Positions 40,296 to 52,929 of a stretch of 64,000 bases of DNA are shown here, piece after piece. Made by a program: the position numbers and the translations under genes. The notes beneath the pieces are model-generated. The model made no database searches, was not told the DNA's origin, and saw only the letters and a program-made list of their open reading frames with translations. This DNA comes from Chiloscyllium plagiosum (lineage: Eukaryota): NCBI RefSeq assembly GCF_004010195.1, contig NC_057719.1:24639604-24703603 (forward strand), in the 5' to 3' direction. The stretch's first letter is position 1. Each line of letters opens with the position of its first letter.

Positions 40296-41684
40296 CTAAA
40301 AGAAATTTCTTCGAAAAACTCTATTTCGCTATTTGAGTTCTCAGATAGAAACATTGTTTCTGTTGTTTTTCTGTCCTATAAGGGATTAAAAATTGCTTTG
40401 GATATCTGGTAATCGGCCTGTTTTTCAATTTCATTTATCCTTTTGGTTGCCAGTGGGCTTTCACTGCTCTCACTGTTTCTTTCTTTATATATCACTTGTG
40501 TCCCTTATTACATAGCGAGACTTCAGGCTTCTGCCTCGCTCTCCATCTGTTCTCTTCTGTCTTTAACTACACATGTATTGTACTATTTATGCCGAGTGAG
40601 GAGCAGCTGTATGAAATCTTTGCAGTGTTGCTTTAGGGTCCTAAAGCCAATATTCAAAAAGCTTGCTTTCAATTGTCAAAATTTGGCATTTGACCATTTT
40701 GTTTCTTGGTAAGCAAGGCATCACAAGAGGTTCAGCCCCTAAACTATAACAATTTTCAGTAAATTTATTTACATCTGGTTAACTCAACAATATTAAAAAA
40801 TTATTGATAATTAAAAAAAGAAATAACACATGACTGTATCAACAATATCTTAATTATATTTCCATAGCTCTTCTTTACTTCAAGGATGCCTCCTTTTTCT
40901 TATAGGATTGTTGAAGATATGTCATTGAGTAACAAGAAGGAAAGGAACTTGTTAAGAACAGGGAGGAAAAAAAGCACTATGGTAGAGGAAATGTATTTTA
41001 GTACTTACTTGAAGAACACATAATAATTTTGTTGAAAATGTATAACTAAAACAAAGATTGATTCCTCTGAATGCTACAGTTAATAAAATTCTGAGCTTAT
41101 TTTTATAAACAGATTAAAAGTTTCATAATACATGAAATCTTTATCCAATTAAATTATCACCTTTGGAATGAATACCGAGCTACCACTTAAAGTTTGAACT
41201 CCTGACTTCCTAAAATATCTCAAATGTACAGCCGTGTTTATTTACTGCTGAGTTATCAGTTGTGGAACAACCTGTGTTCAGAGGCTGCAGTCACAGTTTC
41301 TTTTGTTTTCCCTGCCCACACAGTAAGACATGTCAGTTTGATGGGAATTTGTTATGCAGAGTGCAAAATGTTGAACACATTATTACCCAAAGCTGCCTAC
41401 ACAGCTGACCTAAGCAGAGTCTGAAGATATGTTGTTAATGCCTGTCTCACATGATAAACATCGGTGTTGAATAAAAAAGCCTGGGAACATTCCATATTAA
41501 AGCCTTGTTTTACGAGAAAGGGGAAAAATATATGATCATTCCAGATTATTTGGCAAACCTGTTCTTCAGTAATAACTTGCAAGAGGCACATTATTTTATG
41601 ATCATTGATTTGCTCACACCAAAGAAGTGTTTGCCCAATTTTTTTCATAGATTTTTGTCCTCTCATAACATCAAGTTAAAATTC

Positions 41685-42035
41685 CTAGGGCTGAATTTTC
41701 CCAGAATTTGGCTAAATCCCAAAGTCATGGAAAGTTTCTCTCAGTGAGCGCTAGTGACTTTGTGTGTGTAGTCTTGTGCAGCTCACCTCCACAGCACTGC
41801 TCCCTCGCTGTCCTGTGGTCAGCAGCAGCCAAACCGCTCCTGCTGCAGGTGCCATTATAAAACCACAGCCATGCACCATTTCAAATGCTGCCAGCCTGGT
41901 CAGAAGTAGCTACCTGTGTCAGTGGGGTGTCCATAGTCTGGACGTACGTGTAGCAGTGTCAAGGAAGGTTAATGACATTCTGCCCTCCTTGGGGATAGGT
42001 GTCTATGCCACCATCTCTCTCACACTCACTCAAAC
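41685..42035 (+). mobile_element. Harbinger-type DNA transposon relic with a Myb/SANT-like remnant
   Basis: 41894-41982 reads AWSEVATCVSGVSIV...QC(fs)RKVNDIL. GGGCTGAATTTTCC near 41688 resembles a Harbinger terminus. Confidence 0.55.
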
Positions 42036-42059
42036 TTTGAGGGAATAGTTAGATATGGG

Positions 42060-44921
42060 GAAGTGACAGATGTAGCGAATCTATCAGGAAAGTTATTTAT
42101 GTGATGGAACAAAGGGATCGGTTAAAGTTTGTCAGCTTTAACGCAAAGAATGCCAGAAATAAGAGTGATGAACTTAGAGCATGGATCAGTACTTGGGACG
42201 ATGATATTGTGGCCATAACGGAGACGTGGGTTTCACAGGGGCAGGACTGGTTGCTTGATGTTCCAGAGTTTAGAACATGTAAAAAAGAACAAGGAGGGTG
42301 GAAAAAGAGGAGGGAGTGTAGCAGTGCATCACAGCTACAGAAACAAAAGTTGTTGAGGAAGGTTTCTCTACTGAGTCAGTATGGGTGGAAGTTAGGATCA
42401 GCAAGGGAGCAGCCACCTCATTGGGGATTTTCTACAGACCCGCTAATAACAGTAGAGAGATTGAAGAACTAATAAGGCGGCAGATTTTGGAACAATGCGG
42501 ACGTAGCAGGGTTGTTGTTATGGGTGACTTCAACTTCCTCAATATCACTGGAACCTCCTTAGTGCAGATGGTTTGAATGGAGCTGTTTTTGTCAGGTGTG
42601 TTCAGGAGGGTTTCCTTACTCAGTATGTAGACAGGCTGTTGAGGGGAGAGGGCATTTTGAATTTGGTGCTCAGCAGTGAGCCAGGACAGGTTCAGACCTC
42701 GCGGTGGGAGAACACTTTGGTGACAGTGACCACAACTGCCTGACATTTACCATAGTCTTGAAAAAGGAAAGGAGCCATTACCAAAGGAAGATACTTAATT
42801 GGGGAAAAGAAATTATGACGCTATCATACAGGAGTTTAGAAATACAGATTGGGAGCAATTGTTCCACAGCAGACATGTGGAGACTGTTTAAGGAGCAGTT
42901 GTTGCGAGTGATGCACAAATTCATTCCTCTGAGACAGGTAAGAAGGGGTAAACTTAAGGAGCCTTGGATGACGAGAACAGAGGAGCTTCTCGTCAAAAGG
43001 AAGAAGGCAGCTTATGTAAGGTGGAGAAAGCAAGGATATAGCACAGCTTTAGAGGATTACAGGCTTACTAGAAAGGAGCTCAGAAATGGACTGAGGAGAG
43101 ACAGGAGGGAGCACGAAAAAGGCTTGGCAGGAAGGATTAGGGAGAACCTAAAGGCATCTTACTCATACGTGATAAATAAGAGAATGAGCAGGTAGAAGGT
43201 AGGGCCAGTCAGGGATAGTGTAGGGAACTTGTGCGTGGAGTCTGAGCAGATAGAGGAAGCCCTAAATGAGTTTTTTGCTTTGGTTTTCAGTAAGGAAAGG
43301 GACCTTGTTGTGAATGAGAACTTTGAGGAGCTAGGAAACAGGCTTGAACAAATCAAGATTGATGAAGTTGATGTGCTGGAAATTTTGGCAAAAATTAAGA
43401 TTGATAAGTCCCAAGGCCAGACCAGATTGCTATGCCACTGGTGAAGATCTTTGCTTCCTCACTCTCCACGGGTGTCGTACCGGAGGATTGGAGGGAGGTG
43501 AATGTTGTTCTTCTTTTCAAGAAGGGGAACAGGGAAATCCCTGACAATTACAGACCAGTCAGACTTACGTCTGTAGTCAGCAAGGTTTTGGAAAGAATTC
43601 TGAGGGATAGGCTTTATGACTATTTGGAAAAGCATAGTGTGATTAAAGGCAGTCAGCATGGCTTTGTGAGGGGCAAGTCATGCCTCACAAATCTAATCGA
43701 GTTCTTTGGGGAGGTGATGAGACAGTTCGACTAAGGTCGAGCAGTGGATGTGGTGTATATGGACTTCAGCAAGACATATTTTTTTAAGGTTCCCACAGTA
43801 GGCTCATTCATAAATGCTGGACGTATGGGATACAGGAAGGTTTGGCTGTCTGAATTCAGAATTGGTTGACTGACAGAAAGCAGAGAGTGGTTGTAGATGG
43901 AAAGTATTCTGCCTGGAGGTCAGTGGTGAGTGGGGTCCCGCAGGGCTTTGTTCTTGGGCCTCTGCTCTTTGTAGTTTGTATGAGGAGGTTGAGGGGTGGG
44001 TTAGTAAATTTGCCAATGACACAAAGGTTGGAGGTGCCGTTGATAGTATCGAGGGCTATTGCAGGCTGCAACGCGACATAGACAGGATGCAGAGCTGGGC
44101 TGAGAAATGGAAAATTGAGTTCAACCTAGATAAATGCGAAATGATGCATTTTGGAAGGTTGAACTTGAATGCTGAATATAGGACTAAAGTCGGGATTCCT
44201 GGCAGTGTGGAGGAACAGAGGGATCTTGGTGTTCACGTGCATAGATCCCTCAAAGTTGCCACCCAAATTGATAGGGTTGTTAAGAAAGCATTTGGTGATT
44301 TGGCTTTCATTAACAGGGGGATCGAGCTTAAGAGCCATGAGGTTTTGCTGCAGCTCTCCAAGACCCTGGTGAAACCGCACTTGGAATATTGTGTCCAGTT
44401 CTGGTCGTACTAATGTAGGAAAGATACAGAGGCTTTGGAGAGGGTGCAAAGAAAGTTGACCAGGATGCTGCCTGGACTGGAGGGGCTTGCCTTATGAAGA
44501 AAGGTTGACTAAGCTTGGCCTTTTCTTGCTGGAGAGAAGGAGGAAGAGAGGAGACCTGATCAAGGTATACAAGGTGATGAGAGGCATGGATAGAGTCAAT
44601 AGCCAGAGACGTTTCCCTAGGGCAGGATTGACTGGCATGAGGGTCATAACTTTAAGATATTAGGAAGAAGGTATAAAGGAGACATCAAAGGTAGATTCAT
44701 TACGCAGAGAGTTGTGAATGTATGGAATGCGTTGCCAGCTGTGGTGGTGGAAGCAGAGTCATTAGGGACATTTAAGAGACTGCTGGACATGCACATGGAC
44801 AGCAGTGAATTGAGGGGTGCGTAGGTTAGGTTATTTTATTTTCGATTAGGAATAATCCTTGGCACAACATTGGGGGCTGAAGGGCCTGTTCTGTGCTGTA
44901 CTTTTCTCTGTTCTATGTTCT
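42060..44921 (+). mobile_element. Near-full-length CR1 ORF2 pseudogene (APE endonuclease + RT), a second CR1 subfamily
   Basis: SFNAKNARNK, IVAITETW, VMGDFN, GDSDHN, NYRPV, QHGFVRGKSCLTNL, YMDFSK, GVPQG, KFANDTK and HLEYCVQFWS motifs. Many frameshifts and stops. TTCTATGTTCTA tail. Confidence 0.95.
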
Positions 44922-45480
44922 AAACATTGCCATTGTATCCACTTTTCCCCAAGGCTCATGATCCATCACTCTCAATTTGCATGCAGCTCTCACCACCCTA
45001 TTCCCCAAACCACTAACTCCTCCTTCCCTTCTGCACTTGGTATTTGCTCATCTTTCTTGCCTGAGGATGGTTTAAGAACTGCTCCCATTAGATTTCAGTC
45101 ATGGCTGATAGGCTGAAGGTCGTGCAGTATTTAATCTGATTTTACAAACTGTAGATGTGACATTAATGTCAGGTAGTGCTGTGCTGCAACATATACATCC
45201 CTTGACTATTCATTGCTGGCAAACACGACGGACTATCTGGCTTTATGCCTGTGCCAAATAGCAAGACAGGCCAAGGCTGAGATGCTATAAGCACCAAGTG
45301 ATTGAGTGATAAGGTAGCAAGCTAACAACGCTGAGATACACACAGTTCCGCCACAAGTGATGTGTACCTGTCCCATTCACAAAGTGGCCTCACAACAGCA
45401 TCCTAATGTAAAGTGTTGGTGGATTCAAAGGGGTAGTACCAAAGAGCTGAACTGTATCATGTGATTCCCAAATATGTCAC

Positions 45481-46091
45481 GATGATGTGGTGAGACTGGT
45501 GGTTTGCCGGTGGATGGGAGTGAGGATGCCAAGCAATCACTGCCCCTGGAGTTTGCCATGGATGTTGGGGAATGCTGGATTTGCAGGATCGCACCAAGTA
45601 GCTATTTCGAGTTACTTAGAGATTGGGAATTGATGCTATATAGCTCTCCTCCAGTATCTGGAAAAATAGCAAACTGCATATAAATGAGGCATAATAGGTC
45701 ATAATGTCATGTCGAGACCCTGCCAATGCACATAGATCATTCATTCTCTTGGGCACTGGATCTAGTTTCTCTTATGCTCCTATAGGCATAGTCCTCTACA
45801 GTCACCTCGGTCCAGGTTGCTTTGGTCACCTGGAGTCACCTTTTGTTGCAACCCCTCGGAATCAATTCATAGCTTCACTCCTGGATGGTGTGCAGGGGAA
45901 CATCAAATGAAGCACTGCTGCAAGGTAAAGCACCTTTTTGCCTGGTCTCTGACATCTCCAGAGTGGATGATGCTGTGGTGAGACTGGTGGTCTGTCGACA
46001 GATGGGAGTGAGGATACCAAACAATCACTGCCCTTGGAGTGTGCCATAGATGTTGGGGAATGTTGGATTTTCTGGATACCGCCAGGTAGCC
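45481..46091. repeat. ~120-bp diverged direct repeat (45481-45602 and 45966-46091) bracketing a Myb/SANT remnant
   Basis: TGTGGTGAGACTGGTGGT...GATGGGAGTGAGGAT.CCAA.CAATCACTGCCC.TGGAGT.TGCCAT.GATGTTGGGGAATG occurs twice. Confidence 0.85.
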
Positions 46092-49000
46092 GTTCCAACT
46101 TCCGACTGAGCAGAGGTTAAATGATGCTCCTGGATTGCTGTCTGGGGGTCTATCAAATAAAGGCAGCCAGAAGTTGGAATGGTGAGGTATGTAGTGGGAT
46201 GGTGTGAGAGGAGTTTGGGTACAGAATGTGCTGCCTACTAGCCTACTAAATCAGACTTTTCACCCATACAGAATGCATGAGGAGTTGTGAAGAGCATAAT
46301 TCCACCATAATGTACACCAGTCACTGGGGGCAGGAAAATAAACATGCATTTTGGCCTCTGAACAAAAGAATTAGAAACCTGGAAATCTGTAAAATAAAAT
46401 CAGAAAATGCTCAAAGGAAAGAAAAGGGTTAAAGTTTTGGAGACAGAAAGTCATCTTCTTTGGATTTGAACTCTGTCCGAAGATCTCTCTGATCCAACAG
46501 ATTGAATGCAGGTGATTAGGTAATTAGACTGATTAGACACTTAATCTAGACCCAAATCCTTACATTTAATAGAATGGCAGCTCAAAAGCTGCAAAACATT
46601 GTGATTTGAAGAAGGTGGGTGACCTTGAAGTGAGTTTTTATTTATGTTCCTGGCTTCTTTTTAATCACTCAGTCATCAAGGGAATGTCTTCAGAATTGTA
46701 CATTTAATTGTGCCTTGATTTGCTCCAACAGCTCTGTTTGCAAACATCAGCGCTGTGCACTGGCTCTTCACAAATCCCCAGCCATTCAGCTTTTACTGTC
46801 TCCCCTACGTTTTAATTTTTGGAAGATTTTACTACCACAGGAATTGAGGACGAGGGAGTGAATCACTTCCACAAGTGCCTAGGCTAGGCTGCTACCAAAG
46901 TACAGCCAGTTAATTTCCTACCACGCACTGTTCTATGCAAACTTCTGCTTTGACATTATATCAGCCACCCATTAAACACATTATGCAAACCTTAATGCAA
47001 CGATCTCTGCAGTTTTCGGTCCAGATGTTAACTCTTTTTAAAGCACAGCACTTTAAAGTCAATTGGCCATAATTTGTTGTAGGAGTGACTCCTGTGGGAG
47101 CATGTTTAGATTTATATTTATTTTGGTGATAAATCATTGAACGTGAGAGTTCACAATGTCAGTACAAGAAAGCAGGACTCAAAATGTCCAGGCCAGACAA
47201 CTGTGTATCTGCTTAACCAATCAGAAATTAACACCACAAAGACATTCAAAATGGAATGGGTGGCTTCTATTATCAAATCAGGCACAGAAAGATAAATATA
47301 GAAAATTTTTAAAAATTGAGAAAGACGATATAAAAATCAATTTTATATTTTAAAATCTCTAATAATTAAAAGGAATGATGTTTACTTAACGCAATTCTTA
47401 TGTCAATCCATTTTAAGAGACTGAAGGGTTTTATGCCAGGAATGAATTTGCTAAAGTTTTAGGTCGTAACTACTGCACAAATATAGCAACATCATGTTAT
47501 TCAGTGCATTTCAAAGGTGAGACAAGTAGAGAGAGAGATGATATTTTCATGAAGCCAAATGCTCAGATGTCAACTTTTGAAGTTACACTTTAAATTGCCT
47601 ATCAGCCTTATACCTGAAGTTGCTGTTACAATTTGCATGAGTTATATCTCCCACAGATCTTCCAAGCTTCAGGCATGCTCAGTGGAAAGAATTTTGGCTA
47701 GATTCATTGAACAAAAGGAAGTATTGTTCACCAGTCAGAGGACTGATGGGAAACCTTCATTGCCTCTGTGGGGGACCCCTGACAAAAATAATAGCCCATC
47801 TGGTATTTAAAGGTGAGCCTCCCGAAAGTTTTGGGCTCTGGAGGCAGCCTATCTGAGATCTATAATGTTTCACTGACAGCAATGCAAGCTTGACCTATTG
47901 GCTGTTGCCAGTCATGTTCTATGAACCTCAGCTAAGATCATCATGGATCCTTGGATACAGATAGATTCAAGGCTGTGGGGAGGTGGTCACTGAAGTGGGT
48001 GGATGTGTTGGAGAGAGGGCAGAGAGCATCAAGGGCAGGGGTTGGTTTTCAGCATGCAAACACCTTCCCATTGCCAGATTCTTCAATTTGGACTTTAGTG
48101 ATACGAATAAAGCCTCGTCTCACCTCAAACATAATGGCAGGATGTTCTCTCACTACCATCAAGCTGATTTAGTAGCATATTCCCTGCCATGACTGACAGC
48201 TTTATTTCCTCCCATACTCTCAAAATGTATTTTATGACACTTGTGAGAAGCCATACCACTGAAAAGTAGAAAGGTAGAACAAAAGCCCTATGAGCATGAT
48301 CGTATCCATTGAGTAAGCTATTGGCTTGTGCAAGATTCAATTCTAGTGCCTTTGGTCCACACCAGCAAAGTTTTCCACAATGCTAGTGATGTACTGTCAT
48401 TTATAAACAGAAAGCTAGAGACAGCACTAGATATGCTGGAGGAAGAAAGCATTCCCACAGACGATAATCTATCTGTTCCAATGGCATCAAGCTCTCATCT
48501 TCTACTCCTACCATATGAGTTACCTAAAAGCTATTGTTCATCTGATATATAAGATGAAGTAAAATGGAGACAACTAGACAATGGAGACATAAATAATAAT
48601 TATCATACATAACCATTTGAAATAAATTTGATGTCTTTATACTTTTAAACACCAAACTAATTTTTGTGGTAATACTAAAATGTTTTTTTTTCCATTTTCT
48701 ATTATCTTACATAGTGCAACACCTGGGGCTTCTGCTGAATGCCCTGCTGTGAGAACTGTGATACTTGTGATGCACATCCTCTGAGGATGCCTCCAAAAAC
48801 TGGCTTTCCTCTGCTGAGGTTCCATGATTGGATCGGTTGTCTTTGTCTTGACAATTGTAATACGAATCTATTCTATCTCCGAAGGAGTTCCCTTTCAATA
48901 TCCTACCTTGAATAGTCAGGTGTAGGACATGATATTGCCAGATCACTCCAACAACTTGGAAAACCTGAAAACACGTTGCTAGTAATGTGGTTCAGTTAAG

Positions 49001-50517
49001 TAGCTAAATTTGGGTTACTAACAAACTATCAGTTAAATTTGTACTTTTGAGTTCAGTCATGAGGGAATACTGTATATTTAGAGAATTTATCTGGAATTAG
49101 CCATTAGTGACACAGTGCCATGCTTGATCCAGTTGCTGAAACAGATCGCATCTTACTGTAGGTAGAGTTGGAAGGTTTCTTAATCAACACTCCTCCCCTA
49201 CTGTGTACAAGTTGAATACCCTGCCTTGATTGGGTTCATTTTGTTAAATGCTTTGGAAAATTACTTGGATGTATAACTAAAGTTCATACTTTTACTTTTG
49301 TTCCCAGAAAGATAATTTTTCTGATGATTTGAAACAATTGCAGGCCAATCCTGCTTCTGCAGACTGTTGGACACAAGGCTGCTTCAGCATTGGCATCAGC
49401 TACATATTAGGATTGATTCTAGTAACCTCCACCTCAGCATAGCCTCAAAAAGGTTTCCCTAGCCCACTGTGAGGCCGCCAGATTCACCTGACAGTCTTCC
49501 CATCTGCAAAAGCAAACCACCTCCCCGATTCGCCCCCACCGCAACTCCCAATCATGCAGCTGCTGGTAAAATGCCAACAGTCCACAGGGAGAGGCCCTCA
49601 ATTGCTACCTATTGGACTCAATGGTCTTTGATCAGAGGGCCATCTTTCCCACTGCTGGCAAAGAGACAGGAAGATGATGGGAACACTATCCCATCACCTT
49701 CCCTCGACCTTTTGCAGCTATTCCCATTTCCCAGCTCTTCCCTAGAAGGCTGGTAAACTCCAACTCAATGAATCTATTTTTCTCTCAACAAACACATGCC
49801 AAATCTGCTGGACATTCTGACATTTTCTGTGTTTTTTTTTTAACTTCAGGATTGTAACATCTTTTGTAGTTTGCTTTTTGTCCTTTGCTGACTTCCTGTA
49901 AAAAAATGAAGGCTACAAAAGAAAAACCTTTAAAACCGTGATCAAGAACTTTTTGGTATGTTGTGTTTAAAAGGAAAGAATTTGCTCTTTGAACATATAA
50001 GGAAAGCTTCCACAAATGATTCTTGGCTTAGTTGTGAAAAGCTTTTAGTATTGAGGTTACTTTAGACAGTTGAGGTCTTTGAAAATGCAGTTGCCTCTCT
50101 CTCTTGGATCTCCTTGTCACAAAATTTACATTCAAAGTCATAGAAGGAAACAGAAGCAAAGATGATAAAGTCGAGGTCAATATAAATCAAAGTAATTTTA
50201 ATAGCTTTCTACATTAAAGTACATTCCTAGTCTAAGGCAAAAATGTAAATGAAACTGTCATGGTGCAGACTTTTTTCTGTTAGGATTGTGATAAAGACGA
50301 GAAGTAATAACAAACCACTGGATACCCTAATGGATGTTTTTCTTCTCAATTCATCCATGCTATACGGGATTTAAACAATTGCTAGCGAGTAGTACTTGAA
50401 CAGTTTGTGACACTTGTAAAGTAGTCAGTTAAGACTCTTATATATTAGAGTTTATCTGTACAACATACTTTTCTCATTACTCCATAATGTAACCATTTCA
50501 TGGCTTCAATATCAGTG

Positions 50518-50909
50518 ATGTGGAGTAGCCGGTGATGGACTGGGGTGGCCAAAGTCCAACAGGTTTACTTGGAAGTACAAGCTTTCAGAGAATCACTCCT
50601 TCTTCAGGTGGTTATGGATAAGGACCATAAGACACAGAATTTAAGATTACAGCAAAAGATTACAATGTCAAGCAAGTAAAATGATATATTTCACAAACAT
50701 CAATTGTTATTAAGTCTTTGAAGTTAACTTGCAACAACAATCGAGGTTTGTTAAATATATCATTTCCATTGCATGACACTAATCTTTTGCTATAAATTCT
50801 GTGTCTTATGGTCCTGCTCCACAACCACCTGAAGAAGGAGCGGCGCTGCAAAAGCTAGTGCTTCCAGATAAACCTGTTGGACTATCACCTGGTGTTGTGT
50901 CATTTTTAA
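50518..50909. mobile_element. Penelope-type element with inverted hammerhead-bearing ends and 14-bp TSD
   Basis: 50555-50643 is inverted against 50794-50885. Flanks CTTCAATATCAGTG (50504-50517) and CTTCGATATCAGTG (50910-50923). Confidence 0.8.
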
Positions 50910-51079
50910 CTTCGATATCAGTGGCCTAATGCAACAAAAATTTACACCTAGCTTTTATTACATTTCTGAAACAAGCCAACTGAATATTTAGGGCATACCA
51001 CAACATATTAACTATATACTGAAAAGGAAGAAAAATCAGTTGGATTTGGGGTGACTAAAATTGGAGAATGAAATTGTGA

Positions 51080-52445
51080 ACATGGGCAATGTGAGCAATA
51101 GAAGACCATTTGGTCAAACATGCTGGACTATTCAACTAAGTCCTGGCTGATCTTTTACCTCAATAGTACTTTACTAACATGATCCCCAAACACTTTAATA
51201 TCTGTAAATATAGATATCTAGCAAGCACTGTCTTGACTATATTTGATATTTGGGCCTACACAGCCTTCTGCAATACAGATTTCCAAAGATTCGCTGCCTG
51301 CTGGGTGAAAAAACTCCTCTTCATCTCAGTTTTAAATGGCCTACCTCTATTTTGAGGCTGTCTTCCTTGGTTTTAGACATCCCAACTAAGAGAAACATCC
51401 TTCCTACATTTATCCTGTCGAACCCTGTATTAATTTTGTGTGATTCAATAAGATCACCTCTACTGAGCTAAATTCCAAAGAATATAGGCCCAAATTCCTC
51501 AATCTCTCTTCAGAGCATATCTCCTCCCCAACCAATCCCAGGGGCCAGTCCACTAAAACTTTGTTGATTAGATTAGATTACAGTGTGGAAACAGGCCCTT
51601 CGGCCCAACAAGTCCACACCGACCCGCCGAAGCGAAACCCACCCATACCCATACATTTACCCCTTATCTAGCACTACAGGCAATTTAGTATGTCCAATTC
51701 ACCTGACCCTGCACATCTTTGGATGGTGGGAGGAAACCGGAGCACCCGGAAGAAACCCACGCAGACACAGGGAGAACGTGCAAACTCCACACAGTCAGTC
51801 GCCTGAGGCGGGAATTGAACCCGGGTCTCTGGCGCTGTGAGGCAGCAGTGCTAACCACTGTGCCACCGTGCCGCCTACCGTGTTGCACTCTTAATACTCC
51901 AGATGCGTTCTTACCAAACATTTATGTAAAATACATTAAGATTGATTTACTCCAGCACTCAAATCTTCCTGCAATAAAGGTCAACATGCCCTTTATCTTC
52001 TGAATTGCTTGCTTTATTTACAAATTAACTTACACTGACGTATAAGCTCAGATACACAGTTCCTTTTGGACATCAACACTTCTCAATCTCTCACCATTCA
52101 AGATTCCACATTTCTGCTTTTACTACAACGTGAGATAACTTCACATTTTTTCACATTATATTCCATCTTCCATCTGTCACACTTGCTGAGCCTGTCTAAA
52201 TCTCCGTTAAGTTTTTTGCATCCTTTTCACAACACATATCCCCACCTAGTTTTTGTGCCACCAGCAAATTTGGAAATATTGTATTTGGTCCTCACATTCA
52301 AATCCTTAATATAGGTTGTGAATACTTGGAACCCAGGCACTGATCTTCATGGTACCCTACTCATCACTGACTGGCAACCTCAAAACAGCCTGTTTATTTT
52401 AACTCTGTTTTCTGCCCATTAACCAATTCTTGTCCTTTCAAACAC
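51080..52445 (-). mobile_element. Decayed CR1 LINE containing a nested SINE
   Basis: CR1 3' coding remnants on both sides of the SINE, with a KFAGGTK-like motif near 52255-52270. Confidence 0.75.
51566..51875 (-). mobile_element. Young full-length HE1-type SINE
   Basis: GGCGGCACGGTGGCACAGTGGTTAGCACTGCTGCCTCACAGCGCCAGAGACCCGGGTTCAATTCC head with CpGs retained, and an (AATCT)n tail. Confidence 0.93.
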
Positions 52446-52929
52446 ATTGCCCCTGCATTTCAGAAGTTCTTTATAATGATACAGTCCATATGTAAAGGGA
52501 TTGTTTTTCAATGTTAGCACTCAATTTTCCTAAATGGATAATGTTATGTAAAGGCTTTAGGACACTGCAGCAATATTACAATAACATCACAGAGCTGCTT
52601 TCTGCATGGCATAAATAACAGTGTGGGTGGAGTTAGATACAAAAAGTTGATCTTTTTTCTCCCACAATGAAATAAATTCCTAATTCCCAGGAGTAAAGCA
52701 TAACACTTTTGTTATATGATTGCATTATTACTTTGAAGTGTAATGCTTAAAAAACAAGATCTTGGACTTGATATTTTTTCTGAGAACCACAAATTGAGAA
52801 TGATTTTGGATTGTATACATAATTTTCCAGAATATGCTAGTGCTATTGGTCAGCTGGCGGTTTTCATTTTTCTTGACATTTTCTTTCCACCAACTTTCCT
52901 TACGACAAATTTCACATATCTTTGAAGTA

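Noticed and set aside
40907..41023. + strand acceptor (tttttcttatag) with a short open frame IVEDMSLSNKKERN...
   Set aside because: No homology or supporting exons; expected by chance in AT-rich DNA.
42060..44921. Possible active CR1 ORF2
   Set aside because: Multiple frameshifts and stops, and the catalytic FADD reads FAND.
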